This document shows, one piece after another, positions 11,446 through 24,167 of a DNA stretch of 64,000 bases. The notes beneath the pieces were generated by a model. That model was not told where the DNA came from, made no database searches, and worked only from the letters and a program-made list of their open reading frames with translations. Made by a program: the position numbers and the translations under genes. The first letter of the stretch is position 1. Every line of letters begins with the position of its first letter. This stretch comes from Auanema rhodensis. Its lineage: Eukaryota > Animalia > Nematoda. The stretch lies in the NCBI GenBank assembly GCA_964057225.1, contig OZ059900.1, positions 14,074,001-14,138,000 on the forward strand. The letters run 5' to 3'.

Positions 11446-12382
11446 ATGAGCACATTAATTCATTCGAGGTTAGATTTAGAATGATTTTTTTTATTGCTCT
11501 ACTTTTTTTAGTTTGATGTATTGGCAAGGTATTTTATATATATTTTTAGAATGAACTTGCGTCAGGATCCTCGAATCCAAAAATTGCTCGAAAAGGCGAC
11601 GCTTGAAAGCCTTTTTAAATGCTATTTTCAACGTGTCTATGGAACGAAAGAAATCACGGAGATGGAAAATGCATTGAAAAAACGCTCTGGCCAACTACGA
11701 TAAGAAAGATTCCTTATACGAGGTTGGTTTATACATTTATTACAATGTTAATGTTACAATTTTTTTAGAAGCTTCTTGAGAATGATGAGAATGCAGCTGA
11801 ACCTCTTGTCAATGAGTGTCTTGATAGACTTTGTGAGGTAAGTGGTGTTTATAACAATTAAATCAGTATTTTAGTAGCTTTATTATATATTATTTCAGAA
11901 AACGTTTAATCGTGGACAGAACCATTCTCAGGATACTCTTCTGGTTCTCGCAAAGCTGTTCATTAAAGTAGGCGATCATCGACTTGCTTGTGAGCTCATT
12001 TGGTGCAGTGCATCGCTTGCAATACAAGGTAATTTTTATTTTTTAATATTTATGCAATGTATTCGTTTTAAGATTTTATCGCGGATCGGAAGCTGAAGGT
12101 TTCGTTCCACTCGCATAACGGTAAGAGACGCTTCGCGACGACGCTCTCGCGTGATATCGGACGTCGTTTTTCCGTGTTCGAAATGTAAGTGTACAAATTG
12201 TGGTCCATTTTCTGTGTTTTATTTGTTTCAGGTGTCACTCCTCATTCTACACAAATAGTCATGGTGCTCTCGACGTGAAGAATGCATTCGAAGATGCGAC
12301 AGAATTTATCCAAAAGCTTCGGGAGTTGCAAATAATTGATGAATTGAAGAAGGAATTGGAGAAGAAAAACTTCAATATTTAG
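11446..12382 (+). CDS. Spliced gene with a PaREP1-like (HEPN superfamily) domain and one apparent frameshift at or before the A6 run (11677-11682); possibly fused to the upstream protease fragment
   Basis: Exons 11444-11468, 11550-11722, 11769-11837, 11899-12028, 12073-12184 and 12232-12382 give LAKLFIKVGDHRLACELIWCSASLAIQ...FHSHNGKRRF...FSVFEMCHSSFYTN...DVKNAFEDATEFIQKLREL. This matches the PaREP1 pattern GD..QASEK.W.AA...SH..L...LH.NFYEN...V..FI.KL. Confidence 0.7.
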
Positions 12383-12705
12383 TTTGTCTTCTGTGATTCA
12401 CCTTTCCACTACTTCCCTTGATTGTATGCCTTCACTCGGCAAAAAAAAAATATTCAAAAAAAAAAAAATAATAGAATTTAAAATATATATTATTTAATAT
12501 GCTAGAAAATTCTCTAAAAATTACATAAAGATTAATTCTAATAATATATGTATATATAAAGATCTTTACTCATTAGAAAATGGATCCAATTTTCAAGGTT
12601 GATAATAACTAATCCCAGATCTTATATCTTCATATATTCGTTATATTATCCAAATATTTATTCGTTTTTATATATTTGTCTATATTAAATCTTTGCCTGG
12701 AAATA

Positions 12706-13617
12706 CAGTCGTGTGCGAAATAGTTGGGACAACCAAAAAGAGAGTCCAGACGGCGAAACGCAAACTACAAACCAATCAAAAAATTTAATTTAGTTTTCAG
12801 GTTGAAGTAGCAACATATTGATTAAAAAACAAGTGACAATGATGAAAAATGAAATTTTCGAAATTTATATAAGTTTAAAACTGTATATAATGCTTTTTTG
12901 GTTGTTTTAAATGATGAAAAATTAAAATTTATAATTTAAGATGGTTAGGGGCAAGAAAACTACTCCAGAACTTCGAAGCATCATTATTGAAAAGAAAAAT
13001 GAAGGGCTGACCGTACGAAAGATTAGTGAGATGCTGGGAATCCCGAAAAGTACGATTCAGAATGTATGGACCAAACAAAACCAAGCTGAAACCAGGGGAA
13101 GAAAAAAAAAGACAACAGTAGGACAAGATTCTTTAATTATTAAACTCGTAGAAAGACATCCGGATATGACGTCGATAGAGTTAAGCCAGCATGTCCTACG
13201 AATGTTCAAGATTCATCTACATCCTTCTAATATACGACGAAGATTGTTGTCGAAAAACCTAAGAGCTCGTGTTCCAGCTCGGAAGCCTCTGATATTCTTA
13301 CGAATCCGAATAAGAATATAACGGAGGACCACTGTTTGAACGTCCAATTTCATAACAGCATACGGCAGGAAGCAGGTTCGTAAGATGTCATCCTGCCTTC
13401 AACACGATAAAGTGGCCCAACTTCGGAAGCGCTAAAACAGCCCCAAATCATGACGTTGCCGCCACCATGCTTCACCGTAGGTCGCATGAATTTAGGGTTG
13501 AATCGCTGGTTTGGTGGTCTTCTTACGAATCCTGGTCCGTCGTTTCCAAATAAGCAAAACTTGCTTTCATCGGTGAATATAACGGAGGACCACTGTTCGA
13601 ACGTCCAATTCAGATGC
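12706..13617. mobile_element. Rearranged Tc1/mariner element: left TIR plus HTH half (+), with the DDE segment inverted (-)
   Basis: TA|CAGTCGTGTGCGAAA end at 12704. ORF 12941-13321 encodes the paired HTH and RVPARKPL linker. The reverse complement of ~13410-13617 reads [20 protein letters not shown]...[17 protein letters not shown]. Confidence 0.9.
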
Positions 13618-14683
13618 GCAAATATGAAAGAGATCCCACGTCATTCCCGAACCCGGCTAATGTGAATGGTATCGACTCTTCAGCATTTGCGATTGAAGGC
13701 TTTCGCTAAAATACGCAAATTAACAACAAAATATAAAAAATGTTTCAAGAACTTACATCAACGACATTGGATCTGCTTTTCAGCAAGATGAAATCGTATG
13801 CTTCAAAAATTTTCGCCACATACACATCAACGCCGGTTTGTTCGTCCACCTCTTTTTCTGCACTATAAATTAACAACAAAATATAAGAAATATGTTAAGA
13901 ACTTACTGATATAATTTCAAATTATCGCCAATGTTGAAGCGACGGTGTGATCCATATCTGAATGTGACGAAAAATCTTGGATGAACACAAATTGCAGTCG
14001 ATTTCGTCTGTTCCATCATGTAAAACATCCATTTAGTGAAACATTTAGCTGATGGTGCAGGTTCGTGCGGCACTAAAAAGAGATAATAAGTTTTCAATAT
14101 GAATTCGAGTTAAATCTCACACTCAGGATGATACGGGCTCATCGAACGCTCGTTCAAAATTTGCTCCAATGGTGTTCCTGGACGAGAAGGAGTTGTGAAT
14201 TGAGCTAAAATAAGTATTTTAAGTAAAAATCCTTTTCGTATAAAAACATACAAATTAAAGCTGTTAATGAAAGATAGTGAATTTAATCGAAAATCATACA
14301 AACCTTCCACGTTAGCAGGAGTTGTTGGTCGGGGCGGCATTTTATCAGGCGATAGAACGACCCTCTCGCAATAATACTTGAATTGCTGAAAAACGAACAG
14401 TAAAATTAGCGTTCGGCGAATTTGCACTTCAAATTTCACAGATTTAAACTTTGCTAAAACATGAAAGCTGACCTGATCAAAGGCAATGAGGTTTTTCAGC
14501 ATCTTCCAGATTGAGGAATTTTCTCTTCCAACACATTTCGCATCTTCCTTGAAAGATTTTCCAGAACCTTTGCGCACTTTTCGCCGTCATCTGCATAGAT
14601 CTGACACACTTTTTCGACAACTTCTTGATCCGCCATTTTGTCAACTGAAAGCAAACGATTTTTTAAAAAAACGTAAACAAACA
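13618..14683 (-). pseudogene. Recent partial duplicate of the serine protease gene (copy of 9354-10420); lacks the catalytic Ser exons and is frameshifted in exon 1
   Basis: Near-identical exons and introns. catcttccttgaaag versus catcttcgattgaaag (net -1 bp). Cut at the Tc1 fragment. Confidence 0.92.
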
Positions 14684-15145
14684 TATTAGATTAATTCGGT
14701 CAAGAAAGAGGGAAAGTAGGAAAAGTTGTTAACAAACCCAAACTTAAGGAGAAAATAACTAATATTACGGCGCTAATGAGGGTTAATTAACTAAAAGAAC
14801 CTAAATTTTATGACCACAAAAAGAAAATTTTCACAATAAGGGACGGACAATTCGGGAACAAACAGCGAGAGTAAATGAAAATGATTTTTCTTTTTTTTCC
14901 TTTTTTTTCCCTTTTATCAAAATTAGCATTGATGGTGCTAGTTTTTATATTGAAATCCTTTAGCCTTCCCGTTTTCCTTAACTACCTAACTAAAACTTAT
15001 GGAGAAAATAACTCATTCTCTTTCACTCTAGCCCAACGCTTTGCGTGCACTTGGTTCAACTGCGAAATTGAGTCAACCCAGCAAATATTCATCTCTCTTT
15101 TGAAGTCAAATGGAAGCAAAAAATTACTTTTTAAAGAATCACCAT

Positions 15146-15366
15146 GAATGACCATGAAAGGTAACAAAAGAAGATTTTCTGGTAAAATGAGAAATGCTAA
15201 TCGCTAAAGAGAAAAAAGAGAGAACAATGTAGCACTCCTTGTTCTTGACCTTTTGTATGATATCAGTCTTTTTGTCCTAATAATGAAGGTTGGCTATACA
15301 TTTTAGCCAGAAATATTGAAAAAGTTGTTAAAATAATAAACAAAAAAAGGAAAAGATACTTTATTC
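15146..15366 (+). repeat. ~220-bp direct repeat, right copy
   Basis: Near-identical to 2909-3130. Confidence 0.95.
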
Positions 15367-16012
15367 AACAAAATATATTTGAATATTAATTCTAAAAACT
15401 AAAAAAGAGATTAGTTTGATGATTTTAATGAAAGAAAACATTAAATAGTTGTTGATTTCATCATAATATCTCATCCATAGTTTCATATTCAAATATATTC
15501 TGAAATCAGAATTTCTCTTTATTGAAGAATCTATTCTCGAAATACTTTTCCAATTCTCTTATTTATTTCTTTTTTTAATTTCATATTCGTTTTTCTTGTA
15601 TTTCAAAACATATATTTTAAAAAAATAACATAAGTCTGAATTAAATAAAAATTTTGTACATTTATTTGAATCTGTGAGAAATATTCTTATACAAATGCGC
15701 TATTGATTTATTGAGCATGTCTCAAGGGAGTGACGACAATGACAATTAGGGACGCAAGAAAGCATTATTGATTTTTCGCAAGATAGATTCTGTTGTTGAC
15801 ATCGTTTGCCACTTAACTGTATCTTATTTACTCATATCTATTCAAGTATAATCTAATGTAAATTGTTCAAATGTTGCCCAGAATACCCTGTCAAATTTGA
15901 TAACAAAATCGTTAACTTTTCTGCATAATTAAGCTCTTCAAATTTAACCTTCCTATATTTTGGTAAACAAATGAAAAATAACATTTTTAAATATTATCTA
16001 TATTTACAGAAC

Positions 16013-16902
16013 ATGGCCATTAAAAAACTAGAATGCTCAATGCAAGTGGCAATTTTTTGCTTGTATCTGATATCATGCTTCACACTTATTTTTTCTATCA
16101 AAAATAATTCTTGGCTAGATATTCAAACAAATGATAAAACATATCAAGTAAGTGATAAAATGAACAAAAAATTTATTTTTTGAATAGAAATTCAAGAGTT
16201 GTTAGAAATATACTTATTAACAATAAAAACGATACAAATTAAAATCTTTTAAATATTAAACTTAAGGTAGGACTGAACGACAATTGTGAGCTTTTACCTA
16301 AATCAATTCGTTGTGTATCATGGTCGGATAGCCAAGATAAAATTATAAATTTTCCCATTGATGAACATCCACCAATTTGTGAGTTTAACTTACAAGTAAT
16401 TTAATCTAATTTCATTTGAAAACAGTTTTGAAATGCGCCAATGTTTTGAAATGGGTTCTCTTGATTGTGATAACTCTTTGCATTGCTTGTTGCATTTCAT
16501 TTTTCTGCTGCTCCAAGAAAGCTGTCGATGAAGTGATACCCAAACCATTTATCGCCGCCTATCTTATGATCGGATGTAAGAAATAAAAACTATTTTCATA
16601 TCTAACCCATTACTTTCAGTATGTGCTTATATTCTGGTGCTTCTTTTGATTTGTGTTTGCAGAGCGTTTTCTTCTATAGTATTTCATTGGAATACAACTA
16701 GCTCACACCAGGTAAGGTCTTGTTATCATATATCATTCAATTACTGTTATATCATCAGGTTATGTTTGGCTCAGCGTATATACTATTTAGTTGTTCTGCA
16801 ATAGCTTATGCGTTAGCTATTCTGTTATATTATTTGCTGCTGAAATACTCAGAGCCATATAACATGGTGAACACAAACCCTGAATCTCTACAAATGACTT
16901 AA
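16013..16902 (+). CDS. Claudin/PMP22-like four-pass membrane protein (5 exons)
   Basis: TM1, then NSWL...VGLNDNC....RCVSW (W-GL-C-C loop signature), then three more hydrophobic segments. Confidence 0.7.
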
Positions 16903-17152
16903 AATCCTGAAAAATATTGATATCAACATCTGGTGCAATTTTCATTCCAAAATAAGTTCAATATTGTTCTGTTTCCTACGCAAAATAACTTAAATGTATA
17001 GAACTCAGGTATATGTGATGATGCTAGAATAATTCTTTCTTAATCTTTGTTTATATTGATTTAAATAGTTAATAATATGTCAGATAAAGAGTTTTTAAAT
17101 CCTTTTCATCAATCTTTACTCATTAACACTAAGCGATATTCGTATCTTAAAT

Positions 17153-17702
17153 TTAAAGAGCCTTCTTATCTTCAACTACTTGTTCGGAAGCTTTCTTCTT
17201 AGTTTCGCTGGAAACAAAGTCAGATGGAACCTGAAAAAAATTTTTTTACACATATTAATATATAAAATTAACCAACCAAATAACCAAAGATATAACGACG
17301 TCCAATCATTTCGCCGACAAAGAACCAGAAAATAACTTCAAAGGCAACGGCAGTGTAAACCAAGGATTCCTAAAAAGTGATCAAAATTAGAGAAAACAAA
17401 TAAAAAAACAATTGTAACAGGTGAGTAAAAAACTTACTCTGACTGTCAGAGCTTTGTATTGCTTGTTTGTGATGTATTGAACAACTTTAGTCCATTCGGC
17501 CTTGATCACTGGCCAGTCAGCCGATTTTGGAGGAGCAAGCTCATGCTTGGCAACAGCCTTAATTTGAAAAGTTTTTGAATAACTTTATGTATAGAACCTT
17601 AATGATAGCCCAGCGACGTGGGAATTGGGCTGCTTGATGACGGTAGATGGCTCCCCACAGGTTAGCCTGCTTTTCGATGAAGTTCATTTTACGAGTAGCC
17701 AT
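17153..17702 (-). CDS. asg-2: Mitochondrial ATP synthase subunit g (asg-1/asg-2 family)
   Basis: MATRKMNFIEKQANLWGAIYRHQAAQFPRRW...KHELAPP..ADWP...EVIFWFFVGEMIGRRYIFGYLVP. The family is certain; the paralog number is not. Not in the ORF track. Confidence 0.9.
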
Positions 17703-19071
17703 TTTACCTTAAAAAGATTTTTTTAAAAAATGCTTCAAAATATTTCAGTAATAATTAATAATTTTTATATTATGTTAACATTTTGCACATTCGAATAAAT
17801 CATTATAGTTTTGTATTAAATAAAAATATGTAAAGTAGATTTGTGAGGTGAAATGTATATTAAAGGACTGGAATGTGCGCCGCCTGTTTTGATATTATCG
17901 TTTCGGGACCAATAGTCTAAAGATTGAATATTGACACTTGGTCGCAGGAACCGTAAAAATCAAAATCGTTGGAGAAATTAACAGTTTTTTAAAAGATGTA
18001 ATAGAATATTGAAATATGCACAATTTTCAATCAAAACAACGATAAGCAATCAAAATTAAAAAAAACTCTGTGCAAAAAATTGATCAAATGTCAAGTATTT
18101 TGATGATAATTTATAAAAGTACTAAAGCAAATGTTCGTACGACAGAAATATTTGACTCAAATCAAGTATTGCTGAAAAGAAAGTTAATTTCCCAGTTAGT
18201 ATCAGTCTGTATTCTATATCTACATATAAATCATATAAATAAAAAAACAAACTAGGCAAAATAGATAAAGTTGGTAAACAAAGATTAGAGATGGAAAAAA
18301 ACAGTTGAGTCAAAAATGATTGAATATAGTTACTAGTTCACAAAACAATTATTTCTATGAAATTCTAGATCAGCCGAAAACATGTTGCCATACGGAAAGA
18401 GGAGCTGTTTTTGAAGCATGCATTTGGGTGAGAAGTAGTAAATATTAGGAGTGGAGAAAAGACAGATGGGTGGTTCGACACCGTTTAGTTCTTTTAGAGC
18501 AAAGATAGATTTTCTCATTTGATTCATTTAATATTTCAGTTAAGCTATTATAATAGCTATTATATTGAATGAAGAAATAAGTAATATGAACGAATATAAA
18601 GAAATATTATTTAAACAAAAGTAAACTACTATCCCTAAGCACTTGTACTTTGAATCCCTACCATTTCATTTATTTGGAACAAACATCATCTTTTTTCTCA
18701 AGTAACTCTCTCAGATCTTTTAAAAGTATTTGTATTACATGTGTTTCTTTGTGTTTTGAATCAGCACAACAGTGTCAGTATATCAAGAACTGCTTTTTTC
18801 CGATAAAATAAAAATTGGTCAACACTAATAAAGTCTTTTTATTTGTTGTTATTAATAAACATATTTTTCAATGATTTATTGCATGACTTTTCCTAAATAT
18901 ATAGTAGCTTCTCTAAGAAAATCTCGATTCCTTGCGGCAAGCCAAGGAAAACTAAAAAAATAAATTTTCATTCTGATTTTACGAAAATTAGCGAAAAAAT
19001 TAGTACATTATATTTCATAGGTTAATGGTTAGATTTAATTGATTACGGTTGATTAACATATTTGGATTAAT

Positions 19072-19113
19072 TGGAATGTCGCAACTATACATGGGGAACA
19101 GCTATTGGAATGT
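19072..19113 (-). promoter_or_regulatory. Two miR-1 8mer seed sites (ACATTCCA) in the vha-12 3' UTR
   Basis: TGGAATGT on the + strand at 19072-19079 and 19106-19113, 36-77 nt downstream of the stop. V-ATPase subunits are established miR-1 targets. Confidence 0.8.
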
Positions 19114-19148
19114 CGCGTCGGATTCGGAACTAATTTCTATCTGACAGT

Positions 19149-21083
<1,935 letters not shown>

Positions 21084-22131
21084 ATCTGAGAAGAAAAAAT
21101 TAATTTGGATAACTAGCTTAAATACGACCAAGCAAAATATCCAAAAGCTTTACGACAATTTAAAATCAAACAGCACAAAAGTGAAAACTATGCACAACAA
21201 CACTTATTATGTTTATGAATAAATATGCAAAATATTTAACTGTAACTCAGAAAACCACAAGACCGAATATGTGTAGCTCAACTAAGTGAGGAATGAAATG
21301 TAGACACACTGTTGATTGAGAATTGGTCTTTCATCTTGAGGGCGGTTGTGGCGGTCAAATATCGCTTCAGGACCAATTACATGATTCGCAGTGGCGCGCG
21401 CTTCAAATATAATATTAAAATAAGCAGATATAAAGGAAGATGCAAATTGATCTGCTGCACTATATAGATCAGAGATCAAAAGTTTAATTTTCATAATAAT
21501 ACATCAAGAAAATGTATTGTTGGAAGGATTAGAAAAGCTGTACAGGAAATAATCAAAGCACAACTTGCTTTTAACGAAATAAATTGATTTTTTATCACCC
21601 TAAGTTTCCAGTGATAGAAGTTCGTTGAATTTTCAGTATTAATTATTATTTCGAATTGGATTTTATAAAAATTTATTAAGAATTTAAATTTTAAATAAAT
21701 ATCGGAATTTAGATTTCAAATAAAAAATATTCCGAATTGGATTTTGAATAAAAAATTATAATTGAAAAATTCAATTCCATTGAAATTTGAAAAACATTGA
21801 TAGTACAAGAAAAACAAATTTTTAGTGTTATCATGTTTATTAGTTTCATATAAGTTTGTTGTGTTAACAATTTCTTTAATAATAGTAAATGAACTATTGA
21901 TTTTAATGAGTGTTTCAGTTTATTGCTCAATGTCCAAGAACACATGGTTGTAATAATTCTCGTTGCTTATCCCAGCTGGCTGGCAGAAGCTCTTGCACAT
22001 TTTAACTCGACAAGTATGCTTTTTAATCCATAGTCTATATTGAATTTAAAAAACGTTTTAGACCTCCTTCTATATAACAAATAAGAGTGTTAAATTGTAT
22101 TTTTGAATTTAATGTTAATTTACCTACAATA

Positions 22132-23512
22132 ATGCCTGCATATATTACGATGTATATAATTTACATAACATTATTCATATATGTATCGGTATATGCAAAT
22201 GCTGCGGCTTGGCCAAATCGTGATGCAGATCAAGGTCAGTTGATCTCTTGATTGAGATAGCGAAATACTTATTCTAATGTGCGGTATGCTGTTGAAAATG
22301 ATTTATTCAGAGACCACAGCGTTAGAGAGATCGTTCAACCGTGCAAATATTTTTATCAAATTGCGGACGGCAAATGGACGAATGATCCTGTTGGTATGTC
22401 AGAAACATATAAGTTGCCAGAAACTGAGGCAAACCGTGAGTATTAAGTATGAATTGATTTGTTTAAGTTGATTACCTAGGTGCCACAATTGATTAAAGAA
22501 TTTAACACGATAAACAATTATTCAAATTCCGAAGTGATTCATTACTATTACTATTATACTCTGGGAAAAGTAATATTTTAAAGTTGCATCTTATTTATTA
22601 TAATAAATATATTTATTTCAGGAATTCGACTTGTTTAACGATGCTAATAAATGGCAATTACCTACTTTGGTATATGTTTTAGCTTTGAAACCTTACTATT
22701 TCAAAGGAGATATAAACAATCAAGTTAGTAGTTCTTCTTTTTGTATTTTTCCATTTATTAACATATGATCTTTCAGACAAGTGTTACTAGATGGATACAG
22801 AAGATGGATGAATACAAATTAATAGAACCGACTACTTTAAGTCAAGCTAATAATTTATTGGAAACGGATGATGTGGACCAAAATTGTACAAAGAAATATA
22901 TTCTGTTTTTACATGATGAAAAGAAATGTCCATCGGATCAATGGCCAATAATTGCAAGGTTTTCATGAAAATTCAATTACTTTTAATAAGTAAAACTTGG
23001 TATTTAGGGTAGCATACAAGGAACATGGAATAACAGCTGTTAGGCTGAAATCACCTGTTCCACCGGATATCATGGTAGCTCTGTTCAAGCGAATGCCGGA
23101 ATTGGATATAAATAGTTGCCAAAACTTATTCCTGATTAACCAAGAGAGTTATTCGGTTTCTCTCACTGATCACGTCACAGAAGAGGTAACATGTTAAAAC
23201 TTACAATGAAATCTGTTAATTGCAATGTGTTTATTGATATTATTCAACATTCTTTTTAAGATATCCTTTGTGATTAATGAACTCTCAGCTTCAAACAATC
23301 AAACATGCCCTGTTCTGCTTGACTCTTTTTGGTATCCCATTTTGCCACCATTGTCAGAACTGCAAATACAATACTTTTCGGAAGAGCATGTTTTAGTAGA
23401 ATTAGAACATAGAATTCAATACGTTCTCATTGGTGTTGCTGGTGGTTGTGCAGTTTGTACTTTGGCTTTTAGCATTTTTTGGGGATTGAATGGTGGTGCT
23501 TTTGCGAAATAG
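22132..23512 (+). CDS. Uncharacterised type I membrane protein, possibly with thioredoxin-like lumenal domains
   Basis: Signal peptide, seven exons splicing in frame, LPTLVY...YFKGD..TSVTRWI (Trx-like tail pattern) and a C-terminal TM helix. Confidence 0.6.
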
Positions 23513-24167
23513 TAATCGTTTCAGTTTTCTTTATGTGAAATGTGTTTTTTTCAATTATATTGCTCTGTTACTAATAATAATATTTATCTTGGTTTAAATT
23601 AAGTTCTTCTAGTTATCAACAATCAACAAATAAGTTAACTAACTGAAAGATATTCATGAAACGGAAGGAGAATTTGAAATATTTCAAAAAATAAAAAAAA
23701 CCTTTTTTTTTAAAATGAGAAATCGAACAATGAATGAAATGCAATTAAAATGAAAGAGATAGAATTGTAAAATTACGCACAAATGAGTAGATTAAAACAG
23801 TTCAACGTAAGTGAGGTACAAACAGGTTCTTGTCATAAATAAAATCTATAACAATAGGAATATTAAAAGAAAGACATGTATATTTATAGTTGTTGAGAAG
23901 ATTTATATTTTATATTAAATAATGGAATTTTCTTTTTAATTTATCGATGGTAAATACCTTATTCAATAAAATCTTCTTAGACCTAAGATCGACGCTTTTT
24001 GGAGAACGGTAAGCCAAACGGAAACGGAAGCTATTGGGATTTTTTTTAAAATTAATCCAACTAAACTCAATGAAAGATATAATTAAGTTTGTTTTCATAT
24101 ATCGATTAATTTTGAATATTAATACAATTAATCAACTTCATGATAAGTATGTATATTCACGGCATAC

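Noticed and set aside
17869-17876. A third TGGAATGT (miR-1 seed match)
   Set aside because: It lies just upstream of the ATP synthase g gene, ~1.3 kb from the vha-12 stop, and is unlikely to be in a 3' UTR.
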